NCBI GenBank assembly: GCA_037440005.1
Contig: JBBIUY010000008.1
Coordinates: forward strand, 7,806 to 71,805
Source: Armatimonadota bacterium
GTDB taxonomy: Bacteria; Sysuimicrobiota; Sysuimicrobiia; Sysuimicrobiales; Kaftiobacteriaceae
DNA length: 64,000 nt
Direction: 5' to 3'
Numbering within the stretch: position 1 is the stretch's first letter; every line of letters begins with the position of its first letter. Below, one piece after another: positions 10,617 to 18,253 of the stretch. A program made the translations under genes and the position numbers. The notes below the pieces were generated by a model that searched no databases, was not told where the DNA came from, and was given only the letters and a program-made list of their open reading frames with translations.

Positions 10617-10668
10617 GGGCGGGGATGGAGGCGCCATCCCCGCTGCGTTTTTCGGCGACGGAGGGATC

Positions 10669-11619
10669 ATGCACCCCGACATCCACCGCATCCAGGCCAT
10701 GCTCGACGCCCAGGGCTACGTGGCCGACGAGGCCCTGGCCACCTCGGTGTACCTGGCCATCCGGCTGCGCAAGCCGCTGCTCATCGAGGGCGCGGCCGGG
10801 GTGGGCAAGACCGAGGTGGCCAAGGTCATGGCCCGCGCCCTGGACACCGACCTGATCCGGCTGCAGTGCTACGAGGGGCTGGACGCCACCACGTCCCTGT
10901 ACGAGTGGAACTACCAGCGCCAGCTCCTGCACATCCGCCTGCAGGAGCACAGCGATCTGCCCCTGGACGTGCGGGAGCGGGAGATCTTCAGCGAGCCGTT
11001 TCTGCTCAAGCGGCCGCTGCTGGCGGCCATCACCCACCACCGCCCGCCGGTGCTGCTCATCGACGAGGTGGATCGCGCCGACGAGGAGTGGGAGGCGTTC
11101 CTGCTGGAGGTGCTGTCCGACTGGCAGGTCACCATCCCCGAGATCGGCACCATCACCGCCCGGCACGTCCCCTACGTGGTCCTCACCAGCAACCGCACCC
11201 GGGAGCTGGGAGACGCCCTGCGCCGGCGGTGCCTGTACCTGTGGATCGACTATCCCACCTTCGAGAAGGAGCTGGCCATCGTGCGGCGCAAGGTGCCGGA
11301 GGTGAACGGCGTCCTGGCCGAGCAGATCGCGGCGTTCATGCAGATGGTCCGCCGGGCCCGCCTGGAGAAGACGCCGGGCCTGGCGGAGACCCTGGACTGG
11401 AGCGCGGCGCTCATCGCCCTCCACCGCGACCACCTGGACCGGGAGGCCGTCGAGCAGACCCTGGGCGTGCTCTTCAAGCACCGGGACGACGCCGAGATGA
11501 TCCGGGGGCAGTGGCTGGAGCACCTGCTGCGGGGGCTGGAGGAGATCCAGCGGGAACCCCGGCCCTGGACCCAGGACACGGTGGCCCGGGTGGCCGATCG
11601 GGTGCTGCCCCACCGATGA
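10669..11619 (+). CDS. coxD: MoxR-family AAA+ ATPase (CoxD-like)
   Basis: Walker A GAAGVGKT, RLQCYEGLD, Walker B LLIDEVDR. Confidence 0.88.
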   Translation: MHPDIHRIQAMLDAQGYVADEALATSVYLAIRLRKPLLIEGAAGVGKTEVAKVMARALDTDLIRLQCYEGLDATTSLYEWNYQRQLLHIRLQEHSDLPLDVREREIFSEPFLLKRPLLAAITHHRPPVLLIDEVDRADEEWEAFLLEVLSDWQVTIPEIGTITARHVPYVVLTSNRTRELGDALRRRCLYLWIDYPTFEKELAIVRRKVPEVNGVLAEQIAAFMQMVRRARLEKTPGLAETLDWSAALIALHRDHLDREAVEQTLGVLFKHRDDAEMIRGQWLEHLLRGLEEIQREPRPWTQDTVARVADRVLPHR

Positions 11620-12758
11620 GGATCACAGGCGACCTCACCACTCACGTGGTCGGCTTCTGCCGGGCGCTGCGGGCCCGCGGGCTGACCGTGGGGCCGCAGG
11701 AGGCGGCCGACGCCCTGCGGGCCCTGGCCGCCGTGGACGTGGCCGACCGGCGGGATTGCTACCTGGCCCTGCGCACGGTCCTGACGTCCCGCCACGAGGA
11801 GCTGGAGGTGTTCGACCAGGTCTTCGCCGAGTTCTGGAACCCTCCGGCGCCGGTCCCCGACGGCCCGCCGGGCGGCCAGACCGACGCGCCGACGCCCCGG
11901 GACGACGGCGAGCCCGCCGTCCCCCAGGTTCGTGAGTGGCTGGACGACGCCCTGGGCCCCGCCGACGGGGAGGAGGCCGCGGCCGCCTACAGTCCGGTGG
12001 ACGTCCTCACCCACAAGGACTTCAGCGCCTTCAGCGCCGACGAGCTGGCCGAGGTCAGCCGCCTGGTGGTGGCCATCGCCCGCCGGGTGGCCACGCGCCT
12101 GTCCCGGCGCATGCGGGCCGCCCGCCGGGGCCACCTGGTGGACCTGCGCCGGACCATCCGCCACAGCCTGCGGCGGGGCGGAGAGGTGATCGACCTGGCG
12201 TACCGCCGTCGGCGGATCCGCAAGACCCGGGTGGTGGTCCTGGCGGACGTGAGCGGGTCGATGGACCTGTACAGCCGGTTTCTGGTGCAGTTCATCTTCG
12301 CCCTGCAGCACACCCTGGGCCAGGTGGAGACCATGGTGTTCAGCACCCGCCTCACCCGGGTGACCGACGCCCTGTCCGAGGCGGACCTGCACACCGCCCT
12401 GGACCAGGTGGCCCGCCAGGTGCCCGACTGGTCGGGCGGGACCAAGATCGGTCACAGCCTGCGCCAGTTCCTGGACCGCTACGGGGCCGGCCTGCTGGGC
12501 GCGCGGACGGTGGTCATCATCATCAGCGACGGGTGGGACACCGGGGACATCGACGTCCTGGACGCGGCCATGCGGGAACTACGGGCGCGGGCGGGGAGGG
12601 TCATCTGGCTGAACCCGCTGCTGGGCAGCCCGGGCTACGAGCCCATCTGCCAGGGCATGCGGACGGCGCTGCCCTACGTGGACGTCTTCGCGTCCGCCCA
12701 CAACCTGGACAGCCTGCGCCGGCTGGAGCGGCACCTGGCCCTGCACGGCCGCCGGTAG
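11616..12758 (+). CDS. coxE: VWA-domain CoxE-like protein
   Basis: MIDAS DVSGSM, WSGGTKIG, ISDGWD and WLNPL; ATGA coupling to coxD. Confidence 0.88.
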   Translation: MRITGDLTTHVVGFCRALRARGLTVGPQEAADALRALAAVDVADRRDCYLALRTVLTSRHEELEVFDQVFAEFWNPPAPVPDGPPGGQTDAPTPRDDGEPAVPQVREWLDDALGPADGEEAAAAYSPVDVLTHKDFSAFSADELAEVSRLVVAIARRVATRLSRRMRAARRGHLVDLRRTIRHSLRRGGEVIDLAYRRRRIRKTRVVVLADVSGSMDLYSRFLVQFIFALQHTLGQVETMVFSTRLTRVTDALSEADLHTALDQVARQVPDWSGGTKIGHSLRQFLDRYGAGLLGARTVVIIISDGWDTGDIDVLDAAMRELRARAGRVIWLNPLLGSPGYEPICQGMRTALPYVDVFASAHNLDSLRRLERHLALHGRR

Positions 12759-12790
12759 GCGGCCGGCGGCGCGGGCGGGGAGCGGAGGCC

Positions 12791-13933
12791 ATGAAGGAGC
12801 TGGTGGAGATCCTGGACGCCATGGAGGGCTTCGCCCGGGCCGGGGAGCCCATGGCCCTGGCCACCATCGTGGGCGTGCGCGGCTCCACCTACCGGCGGGA
12901 GGGGGCGCGGCTGCTGCTGACCCGCAGCCAGCAGATGGTCGGCAACATCAGCGGCGGCTGCCTGGAGAGCGACGTGATGGTGGTGGCCGACGAGGTGATG
13001 CGCACGGGCCGGCCGCGGGTGGTGACCTACGACCTCACCGCCGACGACGACGTGGTGTGGGGGCTGGGGCTGGGGTGCAACGGCGCCGTGGACATCTTCA
13101 TCGAGCCCGTGGACCCCGCCCAGGAGGTCTTCGCCCTGTACCGCCGCGCCGTCGCCGAGGAGAGGTCTCTGGTCGTGGTCACGGCCCTGGGCGGGGCCGT
13201 TGCCCCGGGAGCGCGGCTGGCGGTCTGGCCGGACGGCGTCCGGGTGGGTACTTTGGGCGATCCGGACCTGGACCAGCGGGCGGTCCGGACGGCCGAGGCC
13301 GCCCTGCAGGAGGGCGCCTCCCGGGTGCACACCCTCGCGGCCCGCGGGGGCGAGGCGTCCTGCTTCGTGGAGGTGGTGCGTCCGCCGATCCGGCTGGTGG
13401 TGTGCGGCGCGGGCCACGACGCGGTGCCGGTGGTGCAGATGGCCTCCGCCCTGGGGTGGCGGGTGGTGGTGGTGGACTCCCGGGAGCGGTTTCTCACGCC
13501 CCAGAGGTTTCCCGGCGCCCGGCAGTTCGTGCGGGCCGAGCCGGCCGAGGCGGCCCGCCGGGTGCCCGTGGACCGGCGCACCTACGTGGTGGTCATGACC
13601 CACAACTACCTGCACGACCGCGACCTGCTGCGCGGGTTTCTGGCCACCGAGGTTCCCTACATCGGGATGCTGGGCCCCCGCATCCGCACCGAGAAGATCC
13701 TGGCCGACCTGCGCCGGGACGGCGTGCGCGTCACCGACGACGATCTGGCGCGGGTCTACGGCCCGGTGGGTCTGGACCTGGGAGGGGAGACCCCCGAGGA
13801 GATCGCCCTGGCGGTGGTGGGCGAGATCCAGGCGGTCCAGGCGGGCCGGCGCGCCGGGTTCCTGAGGGACCGGCCCGGCCCCATCCACCAGCCCCTCGAC
13901 CGCCGGACCCAGGTGCCGGGCGGACCGGCCTGA
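12791..13933 (+). CDS. XdhC/CoxF/CoxI molybdenum-cofactor insertion chaperone
   Basis: GSTYRREGA, ISGGCLE, GLGCNG and GLDLGGETPEEIA motifs. Confidence 0.88.
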   Translation: MKELVEILDAMEGFARAGEPMALATIVGVRGSTYRREGARLLLTRSQQMVGNISGGCLESDVMVVADEVMRTGRPRVVTYDLTADDDVVWGLGLGCNGAVDIFIEPVDPAQEVFALYRRAVAEERSLVVVTALGGAVAPGARLAVWPDGVRVGTLGDPDLDQRAVRTAEAALQEGASRVHTLAARGGEASCFVEVVRPPIRLVVCGAGHDAVPVVQMASALGWRVVVVDSRERFLTPQRFPGARQFVRAEPAEAARRVPVDRRTYVVVMTHNYLHDRDLLRGFLATEVPYIGMLGPRIRTEKILADLRRDGVRVTDDDLARVYGPVGLDLGGETPEEIALAVVGEIQAVQAGRRAGFLRDRPGPIHQPLDRRTQVPGGPA

Positions 13934-13970
13934 TTCCCGCGAGGGCCCGCCCTCAGGAGCGCATCAGTCC

Positions 13971-14561
13971 GTGAGCGAGGACCGTGCCGCCGTCGCCGCG
14001 GTGGTCCTGGCGGCCGGGGCCAGCCGCCGCATGGGACGGCCCAAGCTGGCGCTGACCCACCAGGGACGTCCTCTGCTGCGCCGCGTGGTGGAGGCGGCGG
14101 TCGAGGGCGGCTGCGACCCGGTGATGGTGGTGCTGGGCGCCGACGCCGACAGATACCGGCCGGTGCTGGAGGGCACGCCGGCCCGGGTCGTCTACAATCC
14201 GGAGCACGAGCACGGCATGAGCACGTCCATCCGCGCCGGCATCGAGGCCCTGCCCGAGGACGCCCGCGCGGCCGTGATCCTGCTGGCCGACCAGCCGTTC
14301 ATCGACGCGGAGGTCATCCGCCGGATGCTCCAGACCTACCGCATCACCGGGAGCAGGATCGTCGCCTGCCGGTACGGAGACGTGGTCGGCGTCCCCGCCC
14401 TGTTCGACCGGGCCCTGTTTTTGGAGCTGCTGGTGCTGGACGGAGACCAGGGAGCGCGCCAGGTGCTGCAGGCCTACCCCCGGCACGTCGCCACCGTCGA
14501 GATCCCCCCCGAAGCCGCCCGCGACATCGACACGCCCGACGACGCCGCGTTGCTGCGCTGA
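13971..14561 (+). CDS. mocA: Molybdenum cofactor cytidylyltransferase
   Basis: LAAGASRRMGRPK, LADQP, GDQGAR and DIDT motifs; cluster context. Confidence 0.82.
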   Translation: MSEDRAAVAAVVLAAGASRRMGRPKLALTHQGRPLLRRVVEAAVEGGCDPVMVVLGADADRYRPVLEGTPARVVYNPEHEHGMSTSIRAGIEALPEDARAAVILLADQPFIDAEVIRRMLQTYRITGSRIVACRYGDVVGVPALFDRALFLELLVLDGDQGARQVLQAYPRHVATVEIPPEAARDIDTPDDAALLR

Positions 14562-14572
14562 CCCACTTGTCC

Positions 14573-14618
14573 GGGGTCTGTCCCCGGGGGGGGACAGACC
14601 CCGCTGGGGACAGACCCC
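14573..14618. repeat. REP-like repeat: GGGGTCTGTCCCC followed by two inverted copies GGGGACAGACCCC
   Basis: Exact 13-mers at 14573-14585, 14590-14602 and 14606-14618 between convergent genes. Confidence 0.7.
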
Positions 14619-14650
14619 CGGCGTCGCACGAGCGGGTGAAGAGGCGGACC

Positions 14651-16534
14651 TCAGGGAGCAGGGGGCGGCACCACGACCAGGGCCGCCGGCACCGGGCGCT
14701 CGCCGGTCTCGTCGGAGGGGAGGTTCAGCAACCGGCCCCCGACCACCAGGGTGGTCGAGCCGCCGCCGTCCAGGTTGATCCCGTCCACCGCCCCCAGCCG
14801 GTACAGTTCCAGGGCCAGTTCCGGCAGCGTCATGCCCAGGCTGTGGGTGGGCTGCCGGCCGTCCACGGCCACCAGCACGATCCGCCCGTCGGACAGCACC
14901 CCCAGCGCCGTGCGGGGGTGCCGGCGGAACACCAGCGAGGCCGGGAGGCCCTCATCGGCCACCAGCTGGCCGCCCCCCAGCAGGCGCGGGCCGCCGCCCA
15001 CGGCGTGACTCACCTGCGCCCAGCGGGGATCCCCGGAGGCGGGCACCAGGCGGATCTCCACCGACACCGGCGTGCCGACCGTCAGGTGCTCCAGGATCCA
15101 CCGGCGCGCCCTCCCGTGGCCCGAGATCACCACGCCGTCGGGAGGGATCGGCGTGTTTCCCCTCCCGTCGACCACCGCGGTGACCACGCCCGCGCGGACG
15201 GTCGCTTCCGCGCCGTACGGGTTGGTCCGGGTGGAGGCGTCGAAGGTCGGCCGGAACAGGATCAGTTCGTCGGCGCCGCGCTCGCGGTTGACCCCGTCCA
15301 GGACCGCCCGGGACCGGGGGGTGGCGACGGCGGCGTCCCACCGAACGCGGTCGATCAGGACGCCGCCGTCCTCGGTCAGCCCGGCGCAGCTGCGCTGGGG
15401 GTCCGGCTCGCTGAGCACCTCCCCGTCCAGGACCAGGCACCCCGCGGGGTCGCCGGTGGGGCTGAAGAAGTTGGCGTTCACCGCGGCCAGCGCCTGGGTG
15501 CGCCGGGCGATGTCGCTGGTCCGGGCCCGGCGCATCCGCCGGTCGTCGCCGAGGGCGGGCCGGATCCTGATACCCGTGCGGGGGTCCACCACCACGGCCG
15601 CCACCCGGAACGGCCCGGGCAGGATGTCCGGGTCGGCGACCGTCTGCACGACCCAGGTGGGATACCCGTCCGAGGCCAGATCGTCCCGGGCCAGCGCCGC
15701 TTCGGCGGGCGTGGCGAAAGCTCCCACCCGGACCTTGTACAGCCCGTCCACGAACTCCACCATCACCGGCAGCCCTCTGGAGCCTACGGCCGCGGCCAGC
15801 CGCCGCGCGTTGTCCTCGCTGCGGAAGGCGCCCACCTGCACCCGCCAGACCGGCGGAACCCGCAGGACGCCGCGGCGCTCCACCCACACGTCCACCCCTC
15901 CGGCCGCCAGGGTGTAGCGCAGCCGCAGCCCCCGCTCCACCGCCAGCAGGGCGCCGCCCACCAGGCTCGCGGCTTCCCCTCGGGTGAGGGCGGCGGATGG
16001 ACGGAACTGCAGGGCGGGAGGTTCCCGCAGCAGCGGAGGATCGGTCCGCGCCGCGACGGCGATCGCCCCGCGCACGGACGCCGGCAGGTCGGCCACGTCG
16101 TCGTAGTGGGGAGGATCGTCGGCCAGGGCGAGGGCCTCGAAGGAGTACCCCAGGGCGGACACCACCTGGGCCACCGCGTCCGCCCGCGTCTGGGGCGCGT
16201 CCGGGGCGAACACCGCCGTCCGGGAGATCAGTCCGTAGGCGGCGGCCGCCTCCACGTACGGCGCCAGTGGGTGGGTGGCTGGAACGTCCGGCAGCAGGGT
16301 CGAGGACGGGCGCAGCGGAATCCGCAGAGCCCGCACCAGCCACGCGGTGAACTCGGCGCGGGTGAGGGGCTCGTCGGGGCGGAACAGGCCGGCGGCGAGG
16401 TCGGCGACGCCGCGCTGCACCAGCAGCAGGATCCGATCCTCGGCCCAGTGGCCGGCCGCGTCGGCCGCCGCAGGTTGCGCCCGCGCGGCCAGGGGCAGCA
16501 CGGCGACGATGAGGACGCACGCCGCGACACGCAT
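14651..16534 (-). CDS. Secreted SLH + SPOR + phosphodiester glycosidase (NAGPA-like) protein
   Basis: Signal peptide; SLH motifs (GHWAE, FRPDEPLTRAE); SPOR motif (VQVGAF, YKVRVG); NANFF, HPRTA and NLDGGGST. Confidence 0.82.
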   Translation of the reverse strand: MRVAACVLIVAVLPLAARAQPAAADAAGHWAEDRILLLVQRGVADLAAGLFRPDEPLTRAEFTAWLVRALRIPLRPSSTLLPDVPATHPLAPYVEAAAAYGLISRTAVFAPDAPQTRADAVAQVVSALGYSFEALALADDPPHYDDVADLPASVRGAIAVAARTDPPLLREPPALQFRPSAALTRGEAASLVGGALLAVERGLRLRYTLAAGGVDVWVERRGVLRVPPVWRVQVGAFRSEDNARRLAAAVGSRGLPVMVEFVDGLYKVRVGAFATPAEAALARDDLASDGYPTWVVQTVADPDILPGPFRVAAVVVDPRTGIRIRPALGDDRRMRRARTSDIARRTQALAAVNANFFSPTGDPAGCLVLDGEVLSEPDPQRSCAGLTEDGGVLIDRVRWDAAVATPRSRAVLDGVNRERGADELILFRPTFDASTRTNPYGAEATVRAGVVTAVVDGRGNTPIPPDGVVISGHGRARRWILEHLTVGTPVSVEIRLVPASGDPRWAQVSHAVGGGPRLLGGGQLVADEGLPASLVFRRHPRTALGVLSDGRIVLVAVDGRQPTHSLGMTLPELALELYRLGAVDGINLDGGGSTTLVVGGRLLNLPSDETGERPVPAALVVVPPPAP

Positions 16535-16595
16535 CCGCCCGATCAGGTTCCCCCCTCCCCCGCGCTCTCCCTGCGAGGACCCGGGATACCGTTCG

Positions 16596-16648
16596 CCCCC
16601 AAATTTTGGGGACGGACGCAGAAGGAGAACCCAGATGTGGTGGCGAAC
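16596..16648 (+). promoter_or_regulatory. Tandem NrdR-like boxes (16596-16611 and 16628-16643) overlapping a sigma-H-like promoter (AGGA 16623-16626, GAAC 16645-16648)
   Basis: Both boxes match the core CnAnATnTnG and are offset by 32 bp; AGGA-N18-GAAC. Confidence 0.6.
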
Positions 16649-16730
16649 TAATGTGCGCGACGGTCACAGGACCGTCCATTCTGCGCCGGCGCCTCCGGGC
16701 GACCCGGCGCCACGCGGGGGAGGGTGGTCC

Positions 16731-16763
16731 ATGGCCAAGAAGAAGGCCAAGAAGAAGAAGTAG
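16731..16763 (+). CDS. Lysine-rich micropeptide MAKKKAKKKK (10 aa)
   Basis: GGGAGGG RBS 7 nt before the ATG; own putative promoter and terminator; lies in an intergenic gap. Confidence 0.55.
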   Translation: MAKKKAKKKK

Positions 16764-16787
16764 GACCGACCCAACGGAGGTTGGGTG

Positions 16788-16825
16788 AAACAAGAGACGG
16801 CGCGGTGTGCCGCCTCTTGTTTTTT
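16788..16825 (+). terminator. Intrinsic terminator, probably bidirectional
   Basis: AAACAAGAG-ACGGCGC/GTGCCGC-CTCTTGTTT stem followed by a T run; lies between convergent units. Confidence 0.8.
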
Positions 16826-16885
16826 GCTTCCCGCCCGGGGAGTCCGCCGACTGCCAGTCTGTCGGGGCGCGTGGGGGCGGACCGC

Positions 16886-18250
16886 TCAGGCGGCGGAGGA
16901 CTGCACCAGGGCCGAGGCGTCCACGCCCGCGTCGGCGGGATCCACGCCGCCGGCGATCCACCGGTCCGCATCCGCCGACAGGTCCACCACCTCGGCCGGG
17001 TGTCCGTCGCGCACCACCTGCACCACGGGGCGGTCCGCCTGCGCCTCCGCCGGCCGGACCACCACCGCCAGCTCTCCGGTGTTGAGCTGCACCAGGCTGC
17101 CCACCGGATACACGCCCATCATCCGCAGGAAGATCTTGCCCACCACCGGGTCGTAGACGCTGCCCAGCCCGACGGCGATCCACTTCATCGCCAGCTCGGG
17201 GCGCAACGGGCGCTGGGTGCCCCGGCGGGCCGACGTCACCGTGTCGTAGGTGTCGGCCACGGCCACGATGCGGGAGAACAGGTGCGGCCGCACCCCGCTG
17301 GCCGGCTCCGGGTAGCCGGAGCCGTCGGCGTGCAGATGGTGTTCCAGGGCGCACACCATGGCCAGCCGGCCCAGCCCGTCCAGGTCCCGCAGGATGTTGG
17401 CCCCGTGCAGGGGGTGCCGGTCGAGGGCGGCCTGCTCGCCGGGCTCCAGGGGCCCGGCCCGGTTCAGCAGGTCGGCGGGCACCCGCACCTTCCCGATGTC
17501 GTGGAGCAGCGCGCCCATCCCCAGGGCCATCAGCGCCTCGCGGCCGAGCTCCAGCCGGGTGCCGATCAACAGGGCCAGCAGCGCCACGTTGACGGCGTGG
17601 TACGCGCTGGACTCGTCGTGGCGGCGGTCGGCCAACAGAGCCAGCAGGGCCGACCGGTTCTCCAGGACCACCTCGATGGCCGCCGAGAGGAAGATCCGCG
17701 CCCGGTGCATGTCCAGGGGCTGGCGGCGCACCGCCTGGGCCCGGAGCTCCTGGGCCACCAGGGCCCCCGCCTGATACGCGCTGGCCGGTTCCACCTCCAC
17801 GGGCATGTCGGTGGGCGGCGCGTCCCGGGGGGGCTCCACCGTCAGGTGCTGCACGCCGGCCTCCGACAGCACCGCGGCCGGTCCGCCGCGGGCGCGCACC
17901 ACGGCGGTGGGGGTGGTCAGCAGCCCGACGAAGGCGTGCACCTCCTGGGCGGTCACTCCCCGGCGGACCGCAAACAGCCCCACGCCCCGCTCCAGGCAGG
18001 CGGTGAGCAGGGCGGCGTTGCGCAGGCTTTCCTCCGGCAGCATCTGGTTGTCCAGGAAGAACGTGTCCTCGTAGATCTGGAACGTGATCGCCTCGCGGTC
18101 CCGCAGCAGCAGGTCCACCAGCTGCACCAGGTCGTCCATGGCCCGCCGGACGATGGGGTGCTCGGACGGATACATGGCCCGGTGTTTGCACGCGGTGGCC
18201 AGGTACCGCAGCAGGGTGGCCGTCACCGAGGGGCTCCGCAGGCGCGTCAC
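16886..18250 (-). CDS. HD-GYP domain phosphohydrolase with an uncharacterised N-terminal domain
   Basis: LLHDIGK, HHLHADGSGYP and VADTYD motifs; C-terminal GVYPVGSLV. Confidence 0.85.
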   Translation of the reverse strand: MTRLRSPSVTATLLRYLATACKHRAMYPSEHPIVRRAMDDLVQLVDLLLRDREAITFQIYEDTFFLDNQMLPEESLRNAALLTACLERGVGLFAVRRGVTAQEVHAFVGLLTTPTAVVRARGGPAAVLSEAGVQHLTVEPPRDAPPTDMPVEVEPASAYQAGALVAQELRAQAVRRQPLDMHRARIFLSAAIEVVLENRSALLALLADRRHDESSAYHAVNVALLALLIGTRLELGREALMALGMGALLHDIGKVRVPADLLNRAGPLEPGEQAALDRHPLHGANILRDLDGLGRLAMVCALEHHLHADGSGYPEPASGVRPHLFSRIVAVADTYDTVTSARRGTQRPLRPELAMKWIAVGLGSVYDPVVGKIFLRMMGVYPVGSLVQLNTGELAVVVRPAEAQADRPVVQVVRDGHPAEVVDLSADADRWIAGGVDPADAGVDASALVQSSAA

Positions 18251-18253
18251 GGG

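Noticed and set aside
16731-16825. Classical lysine leader-peptide attenuator
   Set aside because: There is no co-oriented downstream gene; the next gene is convergent. It is kept as a stand-alone micropeptide hypothesis instead.
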